Shown one piece after another: positions 1 through 7,750 of a stretch of DNA of 49,782 nt (position 1 is its first letter; each line of letters begins with the position of its first letter). The stretch is taken from assembly GCA_038120765.1 (NCBI GenBank), contig JAYOMI010000017.1, positions 1-49,782 on the forward strand. The letters are read 5' to 3'. The position numbers were made by a program, and so were the translations under genes. Under the pieces are notes generated by a model, which was not told where the DNA came from, made no database searches, and saw only the letters and a list, made by a program, of their open reading frames with translations. This DNA is from Rhodospirillaceae bacterium. GTDB lineage: Bacteria; Pseudomonadota; Alphaproteobacteria; MPNO01; UBA830.

Positions 1-33
1 GAGGCGTCGAGCCCGTAGTCCAGTGAGACGGCC

Positions 34-867
34 GTGGCGGGGCTTGAAGCCGGGTTGAATGTTTTTTGCGAGAAACCGCCAGGCCGTAATTTAGATGATA
101 TTGCCCGTGTTCTGGACGCGCAAGCAAAGGCGCCCGAACAGAAGCTGAAATACGGGTTCAATCACCGCTACCATGAATCGGTGAGCGAATCACTTCGAAT
201 ACTGGCGTCAGGCGAGCTCGGCGGCGTCATCAATGCGAAGGGTGTGTACGGGAAATCCCAGCTTGTGACGTTCGGGCAAACATCATGGCGCACCGACCGT
301 GATCTGGCGGGAGGCGGTGTCCTGTTGGATCAGGGTATACATATGGTGGATCTTATCCGCCTGTTTTGTGGCGAATTCACCGAAGTTCACAGCTTTATTT
401 CCAACGATCACTGGGAACACGACGTCGAAGACAACGCGTATGCCATGATGCGGGGCGAAACTGGCGTGGTTGCGATGCTCCATTCTTCGGCAACGCAATG
501 GCGTCATCGGTTCAATCTCGATATCACCCTCGAAAAAGGGTCAATCATTTTATCGGGCATCCTGTCGGGCTCAAAGAGCTATGGCGCTGAGACGCTAACG
601 GTTTCCAGGCGTGGCAATGATGACATGGGAGACCCGCTCGAACAGACGACGCGCTATAATAACGATCCGTCGTGGGCCGCAGAAGTAGACGAATTTGCCC
701 ATGCGATCGCAGACAACGCGCCAATCCAGCATGGCTCCGCCTTAGACGCCTACCGTACGATGGAACTCGTCTACCGAATATACTGTGCCGATAAGGGATG
801 GCGGGACCGTTGGAATCTTGCCGCCGCCCCTGCATCGGGCATCTCCATGGAAGAGAGAGATACATGA
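34..867 (+). CDS. Gfo/Idh/MocA family oxidoreductase, copy lacking the N-terminal Rossmann segment (truncated or interrupted)
   Basis: The ORF opens with AGLEAGLNVFCEKPPG. The family EKP motif normally sits about 90 residues in but is at residue 13 here. Frame 1 upstream still looks family-like and contains a TAG at 16..18. The stop overlaps the next ATG (ATGA at 864..867). Confidence 0.7.
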   Translation: MAGLEAGLNVFCEKPPGRNLDDIARVLDAQAKAPEQKLKYGFNHRYHESVSESLRILASGELGGVINAKGVYGKSQLVTFGQTSWRTDRDLAGGGVLLDQGIHMVDLIRLFCGEFTEVHSFISNDHWEHDVEDNAYAMMRGETGVVAMLHSSATQWRHRFNLDITLEKGSIILSGILSGSKSYGAETLTVSRRGNDDMGDPLEQTTRYNNDPSWAAEVDEFAHAIADNAPIQHGSALDAYRTMELVYRIYCADKGWRDRWNLAAAPASGISMEERDT

Positions 868-1118
868 CAACCTATGGCACCATACCTGCCCGGATGGCCG
901 CAAGCCGGTTTCCCGGGAAACCGCTTTATCCGATCGCCGGCGACCCCATGCTTGCAGTGCCGATTACGGATGAAACTCTCTACAGGAATCCGGGTATTGT
1001 GAAGAGTATTCACGATCTTAACGGCAATGTGCTCTATACAAGCCGCGAGCTAGTGTTGCACTGCAGGGAATTTTTCTCCGACCTGGGCGCAATGCGCGTC
1101 GGCTGCCATGTCTATTAA
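864..1118 (+). pseudogene. Remnant of a KdsB-like cytidylyltransferase (84 codons; internal 100-codon deletion plus 3' truncation)
   Basis: Nt 864..925 match 2135..2196 at 60 of 62 positions. The peptide MTTYGTIPARMAASRFPGKPLYPIAGDPM joins directly to LAVPITDETLYRNPGIVKSIHDLNGNVLYTSR, skipping the equivalent of 2222..2521 of the full copy. Similarity stops at about 1105. Confidence 0.75.
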
Positions 1119-2040
1119 AAATTTAATCATCAATCTTATCGAGCGTCGATGGCTAGGCGCCCCTCTGCGCGTTGTCGGGCGGCTGACCCGTCGTCGTCGC
1201 TATCTGGGTGGTTTGATCAATCCGTTCTATCTGCCGACAACACTGGTGGAGAACGGAGATTCAAGGCTGATTGCCTATCCTGATTCTTATATCGATCTAG
1301 TTTCCGGTCTAAGGGGGGCGGTCCGGCTTTCAACGAGAACCTTTGAGCCTGAAGTCAGTTATTTGATCCAGACATTGATCAATAAAGATGATGTTATTCT
1401 GGATATCGGGGCAAATGTCGGTCTCCATACTGTCAGGTTTGCGCAGTTGGCGTATGAAGGACACGTGTATGCCTTTGAGCCGGTGAAAGAAATGGCGAAG
1501 CGTCTGTCGCAAAACTGCTCACTCAATCGGGTCGAAAATGTCACGATTGTGGATTGTGCTCTGGGTGTGCGCAACGAGACGCTGCCTATCTCTGTGAATA
1601 TCGCCGGCGTCGGCCTCGAAGGAACCAGCTCTCTGACCGGGAGCTTTCATGTTGAAGATCACCCGGAGAATTATGAAACGCGAAATGTTCCGGTTCGTAA
1701 GCTCGATGATTTGATTCAGGAGCTTGGGATCGACAGGCGTATTAATTTAATAAAAATGGATACCGAAGGCTTTGAGACCTTCGTAATTGAAGGGGCGCTT
1801 GAGACGCTGAGAAAAAATAAGCCGGTTATGATTATTGAAGCTCATAGCCGTCGACTTAAGGCAGCCGGTAAGTCATTCGATTGGTATCTTGAAACGTTCC
1901 CTGATTATGACGTGTTTATTATGCCAGCTATAAGCCGAACCAACCCCTATATCCGGCTGGAACCGCTTAGCCCAAACCAGCCTGAAATTGCGGTGAATTT
2001 GCTCATGCTTCCGTCGGCCAAGTTTCATTCGGTCGGATAA
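1108..2040 (+). CDS. FkbM family SAM-dependent methyltransferase
   Basis: Contains ILDIGANVGLHTVRFA...VYAFEPV and LIKMDTEGFE, the characteristic FkbM-family blocks. The ATG at 1108 overlaps the end of the remnant ORF. Confidence 0.8.
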   Translation: MSIKNLIINLIERRWLGAPLRVVGRLTRRRRYLGGLINPFYLPTTLVENGDSRLIAYPDSYIDLVSGLRGAVRLSTRTFEPEVSYLIQTLINKDDVILDIGANVGLHTVRFAQLAYEGHVYAFEPVKEMAKRLSQNCSLNRVENVTIVDCALGVRNETLPISVNIAGVGLEGTSSLTGSFHVEDHPENYETRNVPVRKLDDLIQELGIDRRINLIKMDTEGFETFVIEGALETLRKNKPVMIIEAHSRRLKAAGKSFDWYLETFPDYDVFIMPAISRTNPYIRLEPLSPNQPEIAVNLLMLPSAKFHSVG

Positions 2041-2134
2041 CGGTGGGCCAATTCGTGACCCTGCTGCATCGTTGCGAAGTAAAGGGGGCATTTGCAATTT
2101 ACATGACGCCGCCCTTTCAAAGAGTATTCAATTA

Positions 2135-2899
2135 ATGACAACCTATGGCGTCATACCTGCCCGGATGGCCGCAAGCCGGTTTCCCGGGAAACCGCTGCAC
2201 CCAATCGCTGGCAGACCCATGCTGGAACATGTCTATGAGCGTGCGAAGCTCGCGTGGGACTGGGACGTGCTGTGCATTGCAACCTGCGACGAAGAAATCC
2301 GGCAATACGCAGAGGGTCGCGGATACCCGGTGGTGATGACGTCGGACACCCATACAAGGGCTCTCGACCGCGTGGCCGAGGCCTATACGGTTATCGCCGA
2401 CACCGAGGCAGATGACGATATCGTCGTCTGTGTGCAGGGTGACGAGCCACTGCTGGCGATGGACACGATTTCGGCGGTGATAGAACCGTTCGGCAGCGAC
2501 CCCACCATTGAAGGCACCATGCTTGCGGTTCCGATCACCGAGGAATCTCTCTACCGGAACCCCGATATCGTAAAGATCATCCATGATATTAACGGCAACG
2601 TGCTCTATACCAGCCGCCAGCCGGTGCCGTACTGCAAATCGTTTTCGCCCGAACTCGGGGCGCTGCGCGTCGGCGGTATATTCGGGTTCCGCTGGCATTT
2701 CCTGAAATGGTTCACCGGTCTGCCGGAATCGCCGCTCGAACAGGTGGAAGCCTGCGACAGCAACCGTATTCCGGATAATGGCCGTTTTCAGCGGATCGCG
2801 CCGATCGCCGCACGTGCCTACTATTCTGTCGACAGCCCGGACGATATCGACCTCGTCGAATCTGCTTTGCCGACCGATCCGACATGGGGAAAGTATTAG
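2135..2899 (+). CDS. KdsB-like (3-deoxy-manno-octulosonate-type) cytidylyltransferase, CMP-sugar synthetase
   Basis: N-terminus MTTYGVIPARMAASRFPGKPLHPIAGRPML matches the KdsB signature IPAR..S.R.PGKPL..I.G.PM. The 254-aa length fits. The internal ATG at 2135 is preferred over the ORF-track start at 2072. Confidence 0.8.
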   Translation: MTTYGVIPARMAASRFPGKPLHPIAGRPMLEHVYERAKLAWDWDVLCIATCDEEIRQYAEGRGYPVVMTSDTHTRALDRVAEAYTVIADTEADDDIVVCVQGDEPLLAMDTISAVIEPFGSDPTIEGTMLAVPITEESLYRNPDIVKIIHDINGNVLYTSRQPVPYCKSFSPELGALRVGGIFGFRWHFLKWFTGLPESPLEQVEACDSNRIPDNGRFQRIAPIAARAYYSVDSPDDIDLVESALPTDPTWGKY

Positions 2900-2905
2900 A
2901 CGCGC

Positions 2906-3940
2906 GTGGGAGCGTTTCGCACCGTGCTGAGCCGGATCGCAGTGGTTTTGGTGGCGAGCGCCTTCGCGCTTGTGGTGTCCGAGTATAGCGTGCGGTTGGC
3001 GGTGCCGAAATACGATCCGGCCGGCCATATCGCATTTTTCACCGACCCCGAAACCCGCGTTCTTCTGGGGAAACCGAACAGCAGAACCCGCCAGATCAAG
3101 AACTCCGGCGACTACGACGTCGACGTTGCGTTCAATCGTCACGGTCTTCGCGACCGTCGCGACATTGCGGACGGTAGGATTCAGGACCTCTATGTCCTCG
3201 GCGATTCATTTGCGTTTGGCTGGGGAGTCGAGGAAGCGGAGCGGTTCTCCAGCGTGCTGGAAAAAATGACCGGACGCCGGGTCTTTAACATTGCAACGAC
3301 GGCGAATGTCGACGGTTATGAGAGACTGCTGGCTTATTCAAGCAGACAGGGCGCAAAAATCCGCGACGTCATTCTGGCGATCAACATGATCGATGACGTT
3401 CAGAATTACGAGATGGTCGCCAAACCCGTCCCGCAGGAAGGACCGGCGCCCCGGACAGCCGTATCGCTGCAGGCGGTCAAAGTATTCCTCCTCAAAAATT
3501 CAGCACTCTATTTTCTCGCCACCTCGGCTATCGGAACGATAGATGTGTTGCGGACCGCGCTGATCCGGTTCGGTTTCATCAAGATACTGAATGTTGTGTC
3601 GGGCGGTCTTCCCGGTCGTGATGCCATTCGGTCGACAGCGGGCCGGATCGCGGCGCTTTCGAAGAAATACAATCTGACCGTTCTGATCATTCCGTCGCGC
3701 GGATTGTGGGTGGGTCACCACCGGCAAGCCGCCGCCGAGGCGCATGAAAAATTTGCCGATGAACTGCGCCACCGGGGGCTGAATCCCGTCGATATGCGGC
3801 CAATTATGGAAGCGACGGGAAATCCGATGCAGTTTCATTTTCTGAATGACGGTCACTGGCGCCCGCAGGGCCATGCGCTTGCGGCGGCGGAACTGGCGCG
3901 CAGGCTGATGTCGGGGCCGCAGCGGCCCGCAATGAACTAA
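2906..3940 (+). CDS. SGNH/GDSL-type hydrolase/acyltransferase with N-terminal membrane anchor (AlgJ/AlgX-like partner of the MBOAT)
   Basis: Hydrophobic N-terminus RIAVVLVASAFALVV. YVLGDSFAFGWG is the block I GDS motif. The C-terminal NDGHW is a D..H catalytic block. It lies directly upstream of the MBOAT gene. Confidence 0.6.
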   Translation: MGAFRTVLSRIAVVLVASAFALVVSEYSVRLAVPKYDPAGHIAFFTDPETRVLLGKPNSRTRQIKNSGDYDVDVAFNRHGLRDRRDIADGRIQDLYVLGDSFAFGWGVEEAERFSSVLEKMTGRRVFNIATTANVDGYERLLAYSSRQGAKIRDVILAINMIDDVQNYEMVAKPVPQEGPAPRTAVSLQAVKVFLLKNSALYFLATSAIGTIDVLRTALIRFGFIKILNVVSGGLPGRDAIRSTAGRIAALSKKYNLTVLIIPSRGLWVGHHRQAAAEAHEKFADELRHRGLNPVDMRPIMEATGNPMQFHFLNDGHWRPQGHALAAAELARRLMSGPQRPAMN

Positions 3941-3949
3941 GCCCGTTCG

Positions 3950-5440
3950 ATGCTTTTCAGCACACCCGAATTTCTGTTTCTGTTTTTGCCCCTGACGTTT
4001 GCGGGCTTTGCGGTTGCGACCATCGCGATCTCGCTGCGCGCCGGCACATTGTGGCTGACGGTCGCGTCGTTGTTCTTTTACGGCTATTGGGACGCGTCCC
4101 TGTTGCCGCTGATTATTCTGAGTATTGTCGTCAATTTCGCACTCGGCATAATGCTGTTTGCGAACCGGTCGAAGACGATATTGACCTTGGGTCTGTGCTT
4201 TAATCTCAGTCTGCTCGGCTATTTCAAATATGCCGGTTTTTTTATCGAGAATGCCGAAAGACTGTTCGGGACGAAAATTGCCGAGCTCAATATTGTCCTG
4301 CCGCTGGCGATTTCGTTTTTCACCTTCCAGCAGGTCGCATATCTGGTCGATGTTTATAAAGGCCGCGCGATCGAGCCCGATTTTCTGAACTACTGTCTGT
4401 TCATTACGTTTTTCCCGCAACTGATCTCGGGACCCATCGTTCACCATAGTGAAATGATGCCGCAATTCAGGGATGCGGCGCGCGTGTGGATAAGCCGGAA
4501 ACTGTTCCCGGTCGCCATCGCGTTTATCGTCATCGGTCTGTACAAGAAAGTTGTACTCGCAAACGGCATTGCGCCTATGGCGGACAGTGTGTTTCTGACC
4601 GCACAGACAGCGGCTCCGGCATTCTGGGACGCGTGGAAGGGTGCGCTTGCCTATACATTCCAGATCTATTTTGATTTTTCCGGTTACACGGATATGGCGG
4701 TCGGGATCGCATTGCTGTTTGGAATTCGCCTGCCAATGAATTTCAATTCCCCCTACAAGTCTGCCAGCATTATCGATTTCTGGCGGCGCTGGCATATGAC
4801 GCTTTCCCGCTTCATTCGCGATTACATCTATATCCCGCTCGGTGGAAACCGGGCCGGAAAATCCCGTCGCTACACCAATATGATGTTGGCGATGCTGATA
4901 GGGGGACTGTGGCATGGCGCCGGATGGACATTCGTCATCTGGGGTGGTCTGCACGGGTTGTATCTGGCAATAAACCATGGCTGGCGGCATTTCAGACCGA
5001 GGTTGGCGCCGCATGGTCTTTTATCGGTCTGGAGCAGCCGTCTTATCACTTTCCTGGCAGTTGTGGTCGCGTGGGTGTTTTTCCGAGCAGACGATTTAGG
5101 CGATGCTATGAGGCTTCTGACAGGAATGGCCGGTCTGGTCGATGGCGGCATATCTGCCGCCCGAACACTGGACCTCCTGATCCTGGCAATGATGTTCCTT
5201 ATCGTCTGGTTCACGCCCAATTCATACGAGATGTTTCGTTCGGTCAGGCCGGTGCTTGTACCCGACGATGCGGTGGGTGGAGAAGGTGCAGCCGGATACG
5301 CGTTGGCGGGATCCCCTTCGCTGTTGCGCTTAAAGTCGTATGTTATTACGCCTGTGCTGATAGCCATCGGACTTGTCGGTTTGCTGATCGTCATTGACAG
5401 TGGCGAACAAACCCAAACTTTCATCTATATGATATTCTGA
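3950..5440 (+). CDS. MBOAT family membrane O-acyltransferase (AlgI/DltB-like)
   Basis: Contains FWRRWHMTLSRFIRDYIYIPLGGNR and the conserved His in GGLWHGAGWTF. Multi-TM protein of 496 aa. Confidence 0.85.
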   Translation: MLFSTPEFLFLFLPLTFAGFAVATIAISLRAGTLWLTVASLFFYGYWDASLLPLIILSIVVNFALGIMLFANRSKTILTLGLCFNLSLLGYFKYAGFFIENAERLFGTKIAELNIVLPLAISFFTFQQVAYLVDVYKGRAIEPDFLNYCLFITFFPQLISGPIVHHSEMMPQFRDAARVWISRKLFPVAIAFIVIGLYKKVVLANGIAPMADSVFLTAQTAAPAFWDAWKGALAYTFQIYFDFSGYTDMAVGIALLFGIRLPMNFNSPYKSASIIDFWRRWHMTLSRFIRDYIYIPLGGNRAGKSRRYTNMMLAMLIGGLWHGAGWTFVIWGGLHGLYLAINHGWRHFRPRLAPHGLLSVWSSRLITFLAVVVAWVFFRADDLGDAMRLLTGMAGLVDGGISAARTLDLLILAMMFLIVWFTPNSYEMFRSVRPVLVPDDAVGGEGAAGYALAGSPSLLRLKSYVITPVLIAIGLVGLLIVIDSGEQTQTFIYMIF

Positions 5441-5444
5441 AGCC

Positions 5445-6074
5445 ATGAATAAAATTGAAGAACTAACGCAACGGTATTATGGCGACCCCGCAGGGTACGC
5501 GCATGCCTATCTCGATTATCTCGCGTCGTGCTTTCAGTCCATCGACAGTGCTGCAGTCGAGGCGTTCATTAATCTGCTTCTTGATGCGCGCGTCGCCGGA
5601 AACACAGTGTTTTTTATTGGCAATGGCGGATCGGCGGCAACGGCGTCGCACTTTGCCAATGACATTTCGATCGGTACGCGTACAGGTGACAACTTGCCGT
5701 TTCGCGCGGTAAGCCTGACCGACAATGTCGCCGTTATGACGGCGCTTGCCAATGATGAGGGTTATGATCGCATGTTTGTTGATCAGCTTCGGGTGCATCT
5801 GCGCGACGGTGATTCGCTAGTGGCGATTTCGGCGTCGGGAAACTCGCCGAATCTGATTGAAGCGGTGGACTATGCCAAGACACGAGGTGCGACTGTCGTC
5901 GGTCTGACGGGTTTCGACGGCGGCCTGTTGCGCGAAAAATCGGATATATCGCTGCATGTGCCGACGGCAAAGGGAGAATATGGCCCGGTCGAGGACGTAC
6001 ACATGATCTTTGATCACCTGATCGGCAGCTACCTGATCGCGGAGGTTAAACACCAGGCTGCAGCCACAGTATGA
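5445..6074 (+). CDS. SIS-domain sugar-phosphate isomerase, GmhA-like (single SIS domain)
   Basis: Contains FFIGNGGSAATASHFANDI and ISASGNSPN. 209 aa with no CBS domains. Confidence 0.75.
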   Translation: MNKIEELTQRYYGDPAGYAHAYLDYLASCFQSIDSAAVEAFINLLLDARVAGNTVFFIGNGGSAATASHFANDISIGTRTGDNLPFRAVSLTDNVAVMTALANDEGYDRMFVDQLRVHLRDGDSLVAISASGNSPNLIEAVDYAKTRGATVVGLTGFDGGLLREKSDISLHVPTAKGEYGPVEDVHMIFDHLIGSYLIAEVKHQAAATV

Positions 6075-6751
6075 CCCAAGCGGTCATTTTCGATCTCGAC
6101 GGCACGCTGATCGACAGCCTTCCCGACGTTATGAACTCGCTGAATGCAGTGCTCGCCGACAATGATCGGCGCCCTGTTACGCGTGACGAGGCGAAACTTA
6201 TGGTCGGTGGTGGCGCGGAGCCACTGTTGGAACGCGCTTTTGCCATCACCGGCGATGTGTTAGCGCCGCCGCGGAGGACGTCATGTGTCGAAGCATTCAC
6301 GGAATATTATCGAGCCAACCCGGCAACAGAGACAACCATCTTTGAAGGCGTTGTTCCTGCTTTGCAGTTGCTCGCCGAACGTGGCCTACAGCTCGGTATC
6401 TGCACTAACAAACCGCATCAGTCCGCTTTGCAGGTGTTGGAGGCGCTCTCGCTCGACGTTCATTTTGCCGCGTGTCTAGGCAAGACATCGGTGCCGTTCC
6501 ATAAACCGGACCGGCGTCACTATGATGAAGTCTTACGCGCTCTTGGTGTGCCGCCTAAACGCAGCCTGTATGTAGGCGACAGCGAGACCGATGTGGCGAC
6601 CGCGCGCAATGCCGGGGTTCCCATTGTTCTTGTCCCCTTCGGATACAGCCGGGCGCCGGCCGGCGATCTCGGCGGCGACCGGGTGATCGGGCATTTCTCC
6701 GAACTGCCGAATGTCGTCGATGAATTATTCGCCGATTTGGATATCTTGTGA
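6071..6751 (+). CDS. HAD-superfamily hydrolase, phosphoglycolate-phosphatase-like
   Basis: AVIFDLDGTLIDS (DxDGT nucleophile motif), CTNKP, and YVGDSETDVATARNAG. The start overlaps the previous stop (ATGA). Confidence 0.75.
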   Translation: MTQAVIFDLDGTLIDSLPDVMNSLNAVLADNDRRPVTRDEAKLMVGGGAEPLLERAFAITGDVLAPPRRTSCVEAFTEYYRANPATETTIFEGVVPALQLLAERGLQLGICTNKPHQSALQVLEALSLDVHFAACLGKTSVPFHKPDRRHYDEVLRALGVPPKRSLYVGDSETDVATARNAGVPIVLVPFGYSRAPAGDLGGDRVIGHFSELPNVVDELFADLDIL

Positions 6752-6764
6752 GGCGCCAGTACCC

Positions 6765-7715
6765 ATGACCCGCGTCGCCATCCCGTCCATTTCATTCTGC
6801 CAGACCGAAATTCTGCGCAAAGAGACATTGGCAAGGTATCCGGATACGCGTTTCAACGAAGAGCAGCGCCGGATGAGCGACGACGAACTGGTGGCATTTT
6901 TATCCGGCAGGGACGCCGCGATCATGGGCCTCGAGAATCTGACCGAGGAGATGCTGGACCAGTTGCCGGAGCTCAAGATTATTTCCCGGATGGGGGTCGG
7001 GCTCGACAATGTGGATCCGGCGCTGTTGCGCGCGCGCGGCATTCGTATGGGTTGGAAAGGCGGCACCAACCGGCGATCGGTTGCGGAGCTGATGATCGCT
7101 TTCTCTATCTGCGCGCTTCGCCACGTCGGTCCGCTATTCGCCGAGATGCGCGCGGGTTCGCGCCCGCGCCATCAGATGGGCCGCGAACTTGGCGGCAGAA
7201 CCGTGGGATTGCACGGGTGCGGTTATGTGGGCAAGGAAGTCGTGCGTCTTCTGCAGGCATGGGACTGCAGAATACTGGCATGCGACCTGCAGGATTTCCC
7301 GGATTTCTATCGCGAACACGGTGTTAAAGCCGCGTCGATGGATGAACTTGTCGAAAAGTCCGAAGTTCTCTCTCTCCATCTTCCCCTGGATCATACCACG
7401 CGCGGACTGTATAGCGCGGACGTACTCGATTGCATGCGTGACGACGCGGTGCTGATCAATACCTGCCGCGGTGGTATTATCGACGAGGCTGCCCTGAAGG
7501 AACGTCTGCTGAACGGCCGGTTGGCGGCAGCCTGTATCGATGCGTTCGCGGTCGAACCCCCGACGGATGACGAGCTTCTCAATGCACCCAATTTCCTGTG
7601 TACACCGCATATCGGCGGAAGTTCTGCCGAAGCCCGGCTTGTCATGGGACGGGCGGCGATCGACGGTATCGAGAATAATTTTCTGCCGGAACCGGGTGTC
7701 CACCCATTCACCTGA
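6765..7715 (+). CDS. D-isomer-specific 2-hydroxyacid dehydrogenase (phosphoglycerate-dehydrogenase-like)
   Basis: GRTVGLHGCGYVGKEVVRLL is the NAD-binding GxGxxG motif. LINTCRGGIIDE and TPHIGGSS are also present. The ATG at 6765 is chosen because the ORF-track start at 6711 overlaps the HAD gene. Confidence 0.8.
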   Translation: MTRVAIPSISFCQTEILRKETLARYPDTRFNEEQRRMSDDELVAFLSGRDAAIMGLENLTEEMLDQLPELKIISRMGVGLDNVDPALLRARGIRMGWKGGTNRRSVAELMIAFSICALRHVGPLFAEMRAGSRPRHQMGRELGGRTVGLHGCGYVGKEVVRLLQAWDCRILACDLQDFPDFYREHGVKAASMDELVEKSEVLSLHLPLDHTTRGLYSADVLDCMRDDAVLINTCRGGIIDEAALKERLLNGRLAAACIDAFAVEPPTDDELLNAPNFLCTPHIGGSSAEARLVMGRAAIDGIENNFLPEPGVHPFT

Positions 7716-7750
7716 TTGTCCTGCGATGAGAAATCTGGCGTGATGTAGCC

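Noticed and set aside
2132-3142. 336-aa minus-strand ORF antisense to the cytidylyltransferase gene
   Set aside because: Shadow ORF. The + strand frame has the KdsB signature and a second, near-identical 5' copy elsewhere in the window supports + strand coding.
3500-5014. 504-aa ORF on the minus strand, antisense to the SGNH and MBOAT genes
   Set aside because: It is Arg/Gln/Pro-rich with no recognisable motif, while the + strand frames carry strong family motifs. This is a typical long antisense open frame of high-GC DNA.
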